A stretch of DNA of 64,000 nucleotides from Gemmatimonadales bacterium (lineage in GTDB: Bacteria > Gemmatimonadota > Gemmatimonadetes > Gemmatimonadales > GWC2-71-9), in NCBI GenBank assembly GCA_041615815.1, contig JBFJCP010000002.1, positions 96,001 to 160,000 on the forward strand. Reading direction: 5' to 3'. A program made the translations under genes and the position numbers. The notes under the pieces were generated by a model that did not search any database, was not told where the DNA came from, and saw nothing but the letters and a program-made list of their open reading frames with translations. How positions within the stretch are numbered: position 1 is the stretch's first letter; each line of letters opens with the position of its first letter. Shown piece by piece: positions 48,961 through 59,248 of the stretch.

Positions 48961-50184
48961 CTAGCTCCACGCCTCGCGGAGCAGACGAATCGCGTTGCCG
49001 CCCATGGCTTTCGCAATCTCCTCGTCCGAATACCCGTGCTTCACGAGCCACCGCATGATGTTCTTCGAACCCTCGGTGGGATTCTCGAGCCCTTTCACGT
49101 ACTCGACTTCCTGAAACGCTGGGTTCTCGGCGCCGTTCCCATCAGCATCTCGCGATTCCTTGATGGATAGCGCAGCCGAGTAGACCCGGTGGAGACCCAC
49201 GTGATCCCCGTACAGGGTATCGGGACCAAAGGCCACATGATCAATGCCCACGAGACCCTTGATGTACTCGAAATGCTCCATCACCGGCTCGATGCTGTGC
49301 GTGGTGTCGTTTCGTGTGAGTGTCGTATGGGGAGCGGCTTCCACACCAATGACCCCTCCCTTGGCGGCACAAGCCTCGAGTACATCATCTGGTGCCAACC
49401 GATTCGAGTGCCACAAGGCTCGAGCGCCAATGTGGCTCAGCACGATCGGCTTCTCGCTGGCTGCAATGACGTCCAGGGTCGTCTGATCACCGCAGTGGGA
49501 GCAGTCGACCAACATTCCAAGCTTGTTCATTCGCGCCACGGCCTTCCGGCCGAACACGGTGAGTCCGCCATCGCGTGGCTCCTTCAGTCCCGACCCTAGC
49601 GCATTGGACTCGCTGTACGTGACGCCGAGCGCACGTACTCCGAAACCGTAGAGGATGTCGATTCGGTCCAGCTCGTTCTCGATCATGGCCGCGCCCTCGA
49701 TCGAAGCAATCCAGGCCACGCGACCCTCCTCGTGGGCCTGAAGGATTTCGTCCACCTTCGTGCAATGCAGGACGAAGTCTTGATGGGCGAGATCGCACAA
49801 TCGCATTCCGAGATCGTGTAAGACCTCCGTCCACTTCCACCCGTGGGGAGACTCGATGTTCAGGATTCCATCCATCAGGTTGTCGAACACCCCATCCCAA
49901 TGACTGGCGGCCAGCGCCCGGAACGCGGTTGCCATCCGGCCTTCGTGTGTATACGCAGGCGATTGGCGAATGTCACTGGGAAACAGGCCAACGTGCTCGT
50001 GGAGCGAGATCATCACGCAGTCGCGAATCAGCCGCTCTACGCGTTGCTCCTCGTCCCTAGTGAGCGGAATGAGATACGGCTCGACGCGATCGAGTTCCGG
50101 CGCTAGGTCGAACGCCCGGTAGTCGGTGCCCTCGTCGAGATAGGCAAACGACTTGTATGCGGTACCGCGCTTGGTGAGACTCAT
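48961..50184 (-). CDS. M19 membrane-dipeptidase-family protein
   Basis: SLHEH, SIEGA, TYSESN.LG, LVDCSH, LSH, GIDHVAFGPD, GGNAIR. Confidence 0.88.
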   Translation of the reverse strand: MSLTKRGTAYKSFAYLDEGTDYRAFDLAPELDRVEPYLIPLTRDEEQRVERLIRDCVMISLHEHVGLFPSDIRQSPAYTHEGRMATAFRALAASHWDGVFDNLMDGILNIESPHGWKWTEVLHDLGMRLCDLAHQDFVLHCTKVDEILQAHEEGRVAWIASIEGAAMIENELDRIDILYGFGVRALGVTYSESNALGSGLKEPRDGGLTVFGRKAVARMNKLGMLVDCSHCGDQTTLDVIAASEKPIVLSHIGARALWHSNRLAPDDVLEACAAKGGVIGVEAAPHTTLTRNDTTHSIEPVMEHFEYIKGLVGIDHVAFGPDTLYGDHVGLHRVYSAALSIKESRDADGNGAENPAFQEVEYVKGLENPTEGSKNIMRWLVKHGYSDEEIAKAMGGNAIRLLREAWS

Positions 50185-50360
50185 CCCTCGGCGCTCCGGT
50201 GGCTCGTCGCGTCAATGATACACCGGGCCGCTGCGAGGCGTGAGAGGGAACGAAGACGTGTGAGAATGATCGAGGGTTACCGCAGCGGATTCACGAACGT
50301 ATCTTCTGCCGCCTCGGCGGCCTCCCATGGGCACGCCGCTTGCTAGCCAGGTAGGTCATC

Positions 50361-50627
50361 ATGGTCGAGACCAAGCCACCCGCCCAAACGAGCCCCCGAT
50401 TCGCCGTGCATCTGGTGCACCACGATCTCGGGAAGCAGCGCCGGTTGACGCTGTGCGAGCGCCCCATCGGGTTGGGGGACGACGCCGTGATTCCGTACGA
50501 TGTGGTCACCGAAGCACATCTCGAGAGTGTCAGCTGCCCGCAGTGTCTGCAATTGGCGGGATCACGCCCACGCCGTTGGCGTCGTCACTCGCGGCCTGGC
50601 GACTTCACGCCTCCCGCCAACACGTAA
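50361..50627 (+). CDS. Small hypothetical protein with possible H/C/CxxC zinc site
   Basis: VH...TLC...VSCPQC in an otherwise empty gap of about 650 bp. Confidence 0.45.
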   Translation: MVETKPPAQTSPRFAVHLVHHDLGKQRRLTLCERPIGLGDDAVIPYDVVTEAHLESVSCPQCLQLAGSRPRRWRRHSRPGDFTPPANT

Positions 50628-50832
50628 GCCTACATTCCGTAAATCGTTGCGCGCCTGAACCTCCCGTCATTGAGACGGAGTCGTCGGCGCCAAACAGTGA
50701 CCCGTCCAGGGTCGTCGATGGCCGCGTTTCCTTGACGGGGTCGTGACCGAGCGCCCAATTATTGAGAGATGGACGATCTGGGCAGGTGGCTCCTCTCAAA
50801 GTTGCTGGCGCCAACTCGACCCGGCTTACCTC

Positions 50833-52098
50833 ATGGAGACCGTTATGCTCCGCGCGCTCCCCCGAGCCCTTGGGCTTAGCCTCCTCGGTCTGGCGATGGC
50901 GGTCCCTGCGGCGTCGCAGGTCGCGACCTCAGCACAGCCCGAAGCACAGGCCGCCTTCGATCGAGGCCATGCGCACTACCTCGGCACCGAATACCGCCAA
51001 GCGTTGCCTTACTTGTATCGCGCCTACGAGTTGGACTCCACGTTCGTGGTGCCACTGGTCTTCGCGGCTTTGAGTCACAACAATCTCACCGAGTACGCCG
51101 ACACGGATTCTCTGGTGCAGGAGTTGGGAAAGCACCGGCATCGTTTGGACGCCTACCACACGGGGTGGCTGAGCTATCTCGAAGGTCGGATGCTCGGTGA
51201 CAACGAAGCGGCCCTCCGGGCGATTCGCCGGGCGGCCAAGGAGGCTCCCGGCTCCAAGGCGGTCTACAACCAAGCGTTCATCGCCGTCGGCCTGAACAAG
51301 CCCGAAGAGGCCGCGAGGGCGCTGGAGACGTTGGATCCCATGAAGGCGCCCATGCGCGGCTGGTTTCCATATTGGAATCAGCTCACCCGGTCGTACGCGC
51401 TCCTCGGGCAACACGACCGCCAGCTGGAGGCCGCCCGCCAGGCGCGCCAGCACTACCCCACGAGCCTAGCTGCGTTGTATCTGGAAACCGAGGCCATGGC
51501 CTTCAAAGGCAATGCCAAAGAGATCGAGCGCCTACTGGAGGAAGGGAAAACCCTCGTGCCTGCGGGTGGACTCAATCTCGGCGCCGTCATGACCAACACC
51601 GGCGTGGTGCTGGCCGCAACCGGTGACCGTGGTGCTGCCTCGCGTCTTTTCGAGCGCGCGCTGGAATGGTTCGACGCACAGCCGCGGGAGACCAAGCTCT
51701 CGGAGAACCACCGGAGTTGGGTGGCCTGGACCCTCTACAACGCCGGGCGATGGCCGGAGGCACGCCGGGCGTATCGCCGGCTCGTGATCGACTTTTCGGA
51801 GGATCGAACCTACCGCGGGCTCCTGGGGGTCAGCTCGGCTCGTGACGGCGATGCCGATGAGGGAGCGCTGCTCGCCAAGTGGCTGGAGGGCGAGACGAGC
51901 CCCTATGTCTTCGGCAGCAACACGTTTTGGCGAGGGCACATCGCCGCTGCCTCGGGAGACACCGCCGACGCAGTCCGGCTGTTCCGCGAAGCGGTAGCGG
52001 AGGGGTTTCTGCTACCCCGCCTGTTCCCCTGGGACCCGAACCTCCGCGACCTCCGCCAAGATCCATCGTTCCAGGAGTTCCTGCGCCCCGCGGGCTGA
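50833..52098 (+). CDS. Exported TPR-repeat protein
   Basis: Signal peptide (AAS-Q), repeated helical TPR-like units, C-terminal DPNL..LR.DPSFQEFLRP. Start is 50833 or 50845. Confidence 0.78.
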   Translation: METVMLRALPRALGLSLLGLAMAVPAASQVATSAQPEAQAAFDRGHAHYLGTEYRQALPYLYRAYELDSTFVVPLVFAALSHNNLTEYADTDSLVQELGKHRHRLDAYHTGWLSYLEGRMLGDNEAALRAIRRAAKEAPGSKAVYNQAFIAVGLNKPEEAARALETLDPMKAPMRGWFPYWNQLTRSYALLGQHDRQLEAARQARQHYPTSLAALYLETEAMAFKGNAKEIERLLEEGKTLVPAGGLNLGAVMTNTGVVLAATGDRGAASRLFERALEWFDAQPRETKLSENHRSWVAWTLYNAGRWPEARRAYRRLVIDFSEDRTYRGLLGVSSARDGDADEGALLAKWLEGETSPYVFGSNTFWRGHIAAASGDTADAVRLFREAVAEGFLLPRLFPWDPNLRDLRQDPSFQEFLRPAG

Positions 52099-52333
52099 GA
52101 GAGCTTGGGAAACCCCATGAGCCCCTCATCTCGCATCGGTGGGGGGCTTTCGCATCCAGCGATCTCCTTTTCCACCCGCTATCCCTCTGCCCTCTTTCCC
52201 CTGCCCTCAACCACCTGCATTCTCCACTCGGTATGCCACCGGGCTTCACTCATCGGCGGGTGACGCCTCGCGGACCGAGCATGTCTCTCAGTCCGTGGCC
52301 AGGACAACTGAGCCAACCACGATGCATGTCCGG

Positions 52334-53056
52334 ATGAGCGCAGAGCGATCGGCGAGCCCCGAGCCCCACGTTCGTATCCTCAGCGGCACGCCCCAAGCCA
52401 GGGCCGCCAAGATCCTCGGGGTCGCGAGCCCTCTCGTACTGAGCGTCGGAATCGCCTTGTTGCTCGAAATGCCAGGGCTTGCGCTCCTCGGAGTCGTGAC
52501 AAGCACCCTGTTGGCATGGATGGTGGCCGGGCAGAGGGGGCCGCCCGCTGCCGTGTTGGGACTCACCCGGGGCTCGCCGCGACGGCTCATCGGTCTTTCC
52601 GCCGCTGCGACGGTACTGCTCCTCGTCGTCTCCTCGATTGCTGGGGCGCTCTTAGCGCGCGGGGGTCTCACGCCCAATCTCGAGTCATTCGCGCAGATCC
52701 GCGGAAACATCCCAGCGCTCGCCGCGGGACTCGTCGTGGTGTGGACCACCGCCGCCTTCGGTGAGGAGATCCTGTTCCGCGGGTTCTTGCTGAGCGGGCT
52801 GGAGGATCTCTGCCGGAGTTGGGGGACCGGCCCGCGGGGAGCCTTGGTCACCGGTCTCGTGGTCAGCTCAGCGGTGTTTGGTCTTGGGCATCTCTATCAG
52901 GGGGCCGCAGGCGCCATGCTCGCTGGGCTCTTGGGATTTGGCTACGGCCTGCTGTTCGTGGGGACACACCGCTGGTTGTGGCCCGCCGTGGTCTCCCATG
53001 GACTGTACGACACGGTAGGGTTCGTCGCGGTCTTCGCGGGCCTCGTCCCGACCTGA
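52334..53056 (+). CDS. CPBP (CAAX/Abi) intramembrane glutamic endopeptidase
   Basis: EEILFRG, FGLGH, VSHGLYD, multiple TM helices. Start uncertain. Confidence 0.88.
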   Translation: MSAERSASPEPHVRILSGTPQARAAKILGVASPLVLSVGIALLLEMPGLALLGVVTSTLLAWMVAGQRGPPAAVLGLTRGSPRRLIGLSAAATVLLLVVSSIAGALLARGGLTPNLESFAQIRGNIPALAAGLVVVWTTAAFGEEILFRGFLLSGLEDLCRSWGTGPRGALVTGLVVSSAVFGLGHLYQGAAGAMLAGLLGFGYGLLFVGTHRWLWPAVVSHGLYDTVGFVAVFAGLVPT

Positions 53057-53059
53057 GGA

Positions 53060-56000
53060 TTACCGGTTTTCGAGCCCGGCTAGGCGATCGCGCGCTTCGC
53101 GCACGACCCCCTGCAATTCCGGATCGGCGTCCGCCCACAGCCTCAGCACGCGGCCGTAGTGCAATCTCGCCGCGTCGAGATCACCGGACGCTTCGGCCAT
53201 CTTGCCGAGCTGGAGGTGGGCCGGTGCGAGATAGATGAGATCGTGGATCGTGGTGTGACGAAACGAGCGGTACCACTGCGAGGCTTCCGCCATCTGCCCG
53301 GCTTCCTCGAAGAGCATCGCGCGAAGATAGCGTTCGTAGGACTGGGCGTAGAAGGGTGACGCCGTCGCTACCTGATGCCAGACATCGAGGCGGATCTGAT
53401 CGAAGTGAGAACGGGCCCGCTCGGAACGACCCGCGCTCCGCTCCAGGGTGGCATTGATGGAATGCCACATGTCCGGGATGAGCGTCCCCGATCCCGGTGG
53501 CTGGCCCAATGCCAGGAGTGCGCGACCGTGGCTCATCGCGGCCGCGCTATCGCGGAGAGCCGCGCTCAGCAGTCCCAACAGGTAGGCCCGCAGGTGACGG
53601 TGCAAACCGTCGTGGACCGAGAACCACACGTCGCGCGTGGCGCTCGGCCCTACGGCGCCCGCGTCTAGGCGCTGAATACGACGCCGATACTCCCGAAGCG
53701 AGTCGGGATCGGCGGGGCGCAGGGGATAGAGCCAGAGCAGGGCGCGTGGCTCGAGCGCCACGGCCGGATCGAGTAAGGCGGCCGCGTCCAGCTCCGTCAT
53801 TGCGCGATGCCATTGTCCGCCGGCGAGGCGCAGGTACGCAAGTAACGTATGTCCGTAAACACGCAATTCGACGGAGCGAGAGGTCGCTGTCAACAGGCGT
53901 GCCAGGTCGATCGCCGCATCGATGTCGCCGGAAAACGATCCCATACTCCAGACGATTTCGGAGAGCAAACCGTCCGTCGCGCCGACCAGTTGGGTCCGGA
54001 TGCGCTCTCGAGCCGTGCGGTCCGGATTCGTGTACGCGAGAAACGTCCGCATCTCAAGGGTGCGGTCCCCGGACGGGACCAGCGTGATGACGCGCTGTGC
54101 CAGGGAGTCCAACGCCGCCACATTGCGCTGGCTCAGCTCGATCCGGGCCAGGTGGACGTAGGCGGCGACCTGATCCGGCTCGAGTCGGAGCACCCGATTC
54201 CAGGGCTCTCGCGACTCCTCGAGGTCGCGGCCCCGACGAGGGGCAAAATGAAACAGCGTCTCACCCAGCTGTGACCATGCCTCGATATCTTCAGGATACG
54301 TTCCCACGATCGCACGGTACAGGCGCTCAGCCTGTCCCGCCTCACCCTGCCGCGCGGCGCGCAGCGCCTCGAGCAACCGCCGGTCCCGTTCCGCAAGCCG
54401 GTCGCTGAAGCGCACCGCCTGCTCTGCCGCGGTTCGCGCTAGGTCCGCCCGCAGCAGCCAATCTGCAGTGACACTCATCTGATACCACGCCAGGGCGAAC
54501 GTTGAGTCCGCCGTGACAGCACTCTCGAAGGCGGCTGCCGCTTCCGGGAATCGCGCCGCCCGCAGCTCCCGAATGCCAGTGAGATAGGACTTGAGGGCGG
54601 GCAACGAACTCGTCGTCACGAGTGCGATTCTCGTGAGGCGTGCTTCGGCAATCTCGCTTTGTGCCGCAAGCAACCCGGCTGCCATCTGGTCCACCATACT
54701 CAGGACCTCCGCGGCCGAGCCCTCGGCGGAGGCTTGGGCCAACACGTTCCCACGCGCTTCGCGTGCGTACAGACCTGCATCGAAGCGCAACCGGCCGCCG
54801 ACCTCGACGATGGTGCCCAACACAAAGAGCTGGGCTCCCAAGCGCTCGGCGATGCGGCGAGCACCCTCGAGGTCCAACACCCCGCCCCCCTCCCGACTCA
54901 CGGTGCCGAGAACCGCACGGGGATCGACGCTGCGCCAATTGCCGGCACCATCCAGCTTGGTGCTCAACAGGTCGACCATTCCCTCGGCAAGGTATGCAAA
55001 GTCGCTGCTGCCTCTCACGGTGAACGGCATGACGGCCACGGCCGAGCCCAACCCTGCAGGGCCGGGCCGCGCACTCGTCCGTCCGAGCACCAACCAGCCA
55101 ACCACGCTCGCCACAATCGTGAGTCCGGCGACCGCGGCCGCCATCAGGCCTCGTCGCTGGCGTGGCGACCGACCCAGGGCATCGTGCAGTGCGTCACGGA
55201 ACGCTGCGGCATCCTTCCACCGCTCCTCGGGGAACCAAGACAACGCTCGGCGAATCACGCTCTGAAACTGGGGCGGAACGCCCGACCAGTCGGCTTCATC
55301 GGGCTTCGCCGGCCCCGACCACTGGCGGCCGGTGAAACACTCGTAGAGCACAATGCCCACGGCGTAGATGTCGGTCGCGGGAGTGACGGCTGTGGCGGCA
55401 GCCTGCTCGGGTGCCATGTACCCCGGCGTGCCCAACAGTGAACCCGTAAACGTGAGCGTCCCGCCCCCCGCCACACTCACGGCGCGGGCAATGCCGAAAT
55501 CGGCTACCACAGCGTGACCGCCCGAGCTCGACAGCAGGATGTTGGAAGGCTTGACATCGCGGTGCACTACACCCTGGCGATGGGCGTACTCCAGCGCACT
55601 CAGCATGTCGATGCCAACTTGGACCGCAGCCTTCTCGGAGAGAGCGCCCTCACGTTGCAGACGGTCCCACAGGGTGTCGCCCTCTACATACGGCATCACG
55701 TAGTACAGGAGATTGCCGGCCGTTCCCGAATCATACAGGGGGAGGATGTGCGGATGTTGTAGACCAGCCGCAATTTCGATCTCGCGAAGAAACCGTTCGG
55801 CCCCAATCGTGACCGTGAGATCGGGACGAAGCACTTTGATGGCGACTTTTCGATGGTGCTTTTCATCCTCCGCCAGAAAGACCAAAGCCATGCCCCCGGT
55901 GGCCACTTGCCGCTCGACTCGATAGCGGCCAGCCAGGGCTCGGCGGAGATCCTCGAGCACCCGATCGGAACGCGTTTCGGCGGTGCCCACGGGGCCACCC

Positions 56001-56167
56001 TCCTGGTGCGCCTCCAACAGCGCGGCCACCTCGGAGCGCAAGGCCGGGTCGTCACCGCACAACCGATCGAGGTACGCTGACCGCTCCGTGCGCGGAATGG
56101 CCAGTGCCGCGTGGAAGACTTCCTGAACGCGGTCCCAACGTTCGGGACTGAGGGATGGGTCGGACAC
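53060..56167 (-). CDS. Hanks-type Ser/Thr kinase with TM helix, TolB-N-like domain and TPRs
   Basis: GGMALV, VAIK, HRDVKPSN, DFG, GTPGYMAPE, DIYAVG; TM helix; VAVMPF; C-terminal W.DADP.LQ. Start GTG 56167 is tentative. Confidence 0.9.
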   Translation of the reverse strand: MSDPSLSPERWDRVQEVFHAALAIPRTERSAYLDRLCGDDPALRSEVAALLEAHQEGGPVGTAETRSDRVLEDLRRALAGRYRVERQVATGGMALVFLAEDEKHHRKVAIKVLRPDLTVTIGAERFLREIEIAAGLQHPHILPLYDSGTAGNLLYYVMPYVEGDTLWDRLQREGALSEKAAVQVGIDMLSALEYAHRQGVVHRDVKPSNILLSSSGGHAVVADFGIARAVSVAGGGTLTFTGSLLGTPGYMAPEQAAATAVTPATDIYAVGIVLYECFTGRQWSGPAKPDEADWSGVPPQFQSVIRRALSWFPEERWKDAAAFRDALHDALGRSPRQRRGLMAAAVAGLTIVASVVGWLVLGRTSARPGPAGLGSAVAVMPFTVRGSSDFAYLAEGMVDLLSTKLDGAGNWRSVDPRAVLGTVSREGGGVLDLEGARRIAERLGAQLFVLGTIVEVGGRLRFDAGLYAREARGNVLAQASAEGSAAEVLSMVDQMAAGLLAAQSEIAEARLTRIALVTTSSLPALKSYLTGIRELRAARFPEAAAAFESAVTADSTFALAWYQMSVTADWLLRADLARTAAEQAVRFSDRLAERDRRLLEALRAARQGEAGQAERLYRAIVGTYPEDIEAWSQLGETLFHFAPRRGRDLEESREPWNRVLRLEPDQVAAYVHLARIELSQRNVAALDSLAQRVITLVPSGDRTLEMRTFLAYTNPDRTARERIRTQLVGATDGLLSEIVWSMGSFSGDIDAAIDLARLLTATSRSVELRVYGHTLLAYLRLAGGQWHRAMTELDAAALLDPAVALEPRALLWLYPLRPADPDSLREYRRRIQRLDAGAVGPSATRDVWFSVHDGLHRHLRAYLLGLLSAALRDSAAAMSHGRALLALGQPPGSGTLIPDMWHSINATLERSAGRSERARSHFDQIRLDVWHQVATASPFYAQSYERYLRAMLFEEAGQMAEASQWYRSFRHTTIHDLIYLAPAHLQLGKMAEASGDLDAARLHYGRVLRLWADADPELQGVVREARDRLAGLENR

Positions 56168-56301
56168 GGAGGAATCGACTCGCTCGTCTCTGAGAATCGT
56201 TAAAGATGGAAGCCCACACGCAGTAGGACCAGCCTGGCGCGAGCGGCGCCCGGACTCAGGCCCGGACGCCGCCGCCTTTTGCAACGGACGTGATCGATCC
56301 C

Positions 56302-57672
56302 CTAGTAGCTCGGCGGAAGAGTGCGGTAACGTTCCAGCAGCTCGTGCTGCCGGCTGGTGAGCGGCACCGGCTGACCTCGGATGAATACCGCCTCCACCCC
56401 GGTCGACAGTTCAAACGGATCGCCTGTCCAGATCACGACGTTGGCCACCTTGCCAATGTCCAACGACCCGTAACGATCGTCGATCCCTAGAGCCCGCGCC
56501 GGATTGATCGTCACTGACCGTAACGCCGCCGCCCACTCCATGCCGTACGCAACAGCGTGCCCCGCGGCCTGGCGGATGTTTCGAGCATTATGGCTGGACT
56601 GAAACCCATTTCCCATCACGATGACGTTCGCACCGGCAGCGCTCAACAGCGCCGCATTATCGAGCCGCGCACTTGGAGCGTTGTACGACGGGATGTTGGC
56701 AAGGGGATCGACGATCACCGGGACACCGGCAGTCACGATACTGGCTGCGACTTGCCAGCCCTCTTCGGCACCGGCGAGAACGATGTCGAGATCGTAATCT
56801 GCTTTGAGACGCAGGGCGTTCTCGATATCGCTGCGACGATTTGCTCGAATAACCAGGGGCACAACACCCCGGAGTACGGGGAGGAGAGCTTCTAGATCGG
56901 CCGCCGGTGCCGAGAGCTCCTGCATCTGATCCCGGCGGAAGTCGTTTCGGCGACGATCAAGCTCCCGAGCGTCCTCAAAGAGTTGTCGGAGTCGAGTCAT
57001 CACTCCAGCCCGCGATCCACCACCGGTTTCCTTGGCACCCTCGTTGATCGCCGCAATCATCGCCACGGGTGAGGCAATCACCATGTCTTCGATGGTCGGG
57101 CCCAGCAGATCAATGGCAATGGCCTGGCCGGCAATCAGACCACCGCTGGGTGCGGAGACGACCGTCGTCACCCCAGCCGTTCGAGTCACCGGAATGATCT
57201 GCGATGCTGGATTGATGCCCTCGAGGACGTTGAATGCCGCACTCACCGCCGCGCTGCCATCACTGCCTTCTCGATTGCCCGGAACCGAGGAGATTTCTAC
57301 CAGACCAAGCTGCGTGGCGGCGTTGATCAACCCCGGCGTCACCCACCGGCCGGTCGCATCGATCCGGTGCGCACCTGTCGGGATCGGAACGTCCGTGCCC
57401 ACCGCGGCAATCCGTCCGTCTTCGATCAGCACCGTGGCGTTCTCGAGTCGAGGACCCGACGCCGGGAGGACCGTGGCACCTGTGATGGCAATCGCTTGAG
57501 CATGGAGTTCCGGCGTAAGGAAGACGAGGCAGCAGGCAGTTGCCAAACCAGCGGCGCTCCTCGATAACGTGCCTGCCTTGGCCCGTCTCCGTGCAATCCC
57601 AACTTGCCATTGCGCATTCTGCATTCTCGTGGCCCTCTGCCATCTCGCCTCTTGCCTTGTCGCCTCGTTCAT
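56302..57672 (-). CDS. Amidohydrolase-family protein lacking the HxH metal motif
   Basis: IEDGRIAAVG, VTPGLINAATQLG, AGVTT, TINPA.ALG, GSLDIGKVAN, GDPF. ATGA overlap at 57669-57672; true start may be further downstream. Confidence 0.85.
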   Translation of the reverse strand: MNEATRQEARWQRATRMQNAQWQVGIARRRAKAGTLSRSAAGLATACCLVFLTPELHAQAIAITGATVLPASGPRLENATVLIEDGRIAAVGTDVPIPTGAHRIDATGRWVTPGLINAATQLGLVEISSVPGNREGSDGSAAVSAAFNVLEGINPASQIIPVTRTAGVTTVVSAPSGGLIAGQAIAIDLLGPTIEDMVIASPVAMIAAINEGAKETGGGSRAGVMTRLRQLFEDARELDRRRNDFRRDQMQELSAPAADLEALLPVLRGVVPLVIRANRRSDIENALRLKADYDLDIVLAGAEEGWQVAASIVTAGVPVIVDPLANIPSYNAPSARLDNAALLSAAGANVIVMGNGFQSSHNARNIRQAAGHAVAYGMEWAAALRSVTINPARALGIDDRYGSLDIGKVANVVIWTGDPFELSTGVEAVFIRGQPVPLTSRQHELLERYRTLPPSY

Positions 57673-59066
57673 CGTACCACCTGCCCCAGCTCGAAGTCCG
57701 TGCGCGGCTGGCGCGACGGATCGTTGCGATCGTAAACCAGCCAACCGTCGTTATAGACGTGCTCGGCGCGTGAATACACGGAGAAGGGATCCCCGGACCA
57801 CAACACCACATCCGCCATCTTGCCCGGCTCGAGAGTCCCGGTGACGTCATCGATACCGAGCACCCACGCCGGATTGGCCGTGATCCACCGGATGGCATCG
57901 TCACGCGTGACATCGATGCCGGCTCGTTGGCCAGCAAACAACGCTTTCGCCGCTTCCTGATTGAGCCATTGAATGGCCGTGGCGTCGTCCGAGTGGATCA
58001 CGGCGCGTGCCCCGGCCTGCGTGAGAAGTGCCGCGTTTTCCAAGACACCGTCCATGGCTTCTTCCTTGAAACCCCACGCGTCCGCCCATATCGACGCCGC
58101 CGTTCCGGCTTCGGCCAGCTTGTCGGCGATTTTATACGCCTCCACCGCGTGGTGGAACGACCGGATGGTGAAGCCGAACTCTCTGCCGAGATCCAGCATC
58201 TGCATCATCTCGTCCGCGCGATAGCAGTGATTCTGGACCGAGATCTCGCCGCTGAGGACGCCCGCGATGCTCTCTTTGCCGAGGTCTCGATCCGGTGGAT
58301 CGCCGTTGGGGTCAGCTCGCCATTCGTCCCACTGCCGACGGTACGCCTCGGCCGAGATGAATCCTTCCCGGTAGCCCGCCATGTTGCCCATCCGCGATGC
58401 CGGACCGCCTCGTTCTCCGTAGACCCGTTTCGGATTCTCGCCGCATGCCATCTTGAGCCCGTATGGAGCGCCGGGGAACTTCATTTCCTGAACCGAACGG
58501 GCGGGGACGAGCTTCACCGTGACGCTTCGGCCCCCAAACAGATTGGCCGAGCCTGGAAGCACCTGAATGGTGGTGATCCCACCAGCAATGGCCAGCGGGA
58601 TTTGGGGATCCTGCGGCCAAAACGCGTGCTCCGCCCACACGTAGGCGGTGTTGGCTCGCACCGGATACTCGTTGCCGTCGGACTCCGCGTCCGTTCCTGG
58701 CGCCGCATAGACACCGAGATGGCTGTGGGTATCGATGATCCCCGGCGTCACGAACTTTCCGCTAGCGTCGACCACGATCGCGTCTGGCGGAATCTCCACA
58801 GCCTGTCCCACGGCCACGATCCGGCCTTCGCGGAACACAATCGATGCCCCCACGATCTCCTGGCCAGCACCCGTGAGAATCGTCGCATTCCGGATTGCGA
58901 CCGGTGGATACGCCCGTCGGGTGTACGTCGACGCGTACTGGGGTCGGTCAACGCTTGTCTGCGCTGGCGGCGCCTGCGCCGCGGATGCCGATGTTTGGGA
59001 AACGGCGGTACCGCAAGCCGTGGATCCCAAGACGATGGCAATGATGAGAATGACCCGAGTGCTCAT
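57669..59066 (-). CDS. Amidohydrolase-family lipoprotein
   Basis: Lipobox STA-C, PGIIDTHSH, KMACGENPK, NHCYR, FHHAVE, IHSD, GTLEPGKMAD. GGAGG RBS. Confidence 0.9.
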   Translation of the reverse strand: MSTRVILIIAIVLGSTACGTAVSQTSASAAQAPPAQTSVDRPQYASTYTRRAYPPVAIRNATILTGAGQEIVGASIVFREGRIVAVGQAVEIPPDAIVVDASGKFVTPGIIDTHSHLGVYAAPGTDAESDGNEYPVRANTAYVWAEHAFWPQDPQIPLAIAGGITTIQVLPGSANLFGGRSVTVKLVPARSVQEMKFPGAPYGLKMACGENPKRVYGERGGPASRMGNMAGYREGFISAEAYRRQWDEWRADPNGDPPDRDLGKESIAGVLSGEISVQNHCYRADEMMQMLDLGREFGFTIRSFHHAVEAYKIADKLAEAGTAASIWADAWGFKEEAMDGVLENAALLTQAGARAVIHSDDATAIQWLNQEAAKALFAGQRAGIDVTRDDAIRWITANPAWVLGIDDVTGTLEPGKMADVVLWSGDPFSVYSRAEHVYNDGWLVYDRNDPSRQPRTDFELGQVVR

Positions 59067-59248
59067 TTCTCGTTCCTCCGTGCCGAAGTGGCCTCGCTCG
59101 CGAGTGACGCTCATGACTGGGTCCAGCAGACAGAACATATGGCGCCACATCCGGGACGCGAGGCCTGAGGTCCGCACCGATATTCTCATGGCCAAGGAGC
59201 GTCATTCGACGCATACTTGGCCCACCTCAATGCCGCGAGCTGCTCCAT

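Noticed and set aside
52334..53056. CPBP/Abi protease or ParB-like gene as an anti-phage defence island
   Set aside because: Both are isolated among housekeeping genes, with no nuclease, ATPase, methylase or mobility genes alongside.
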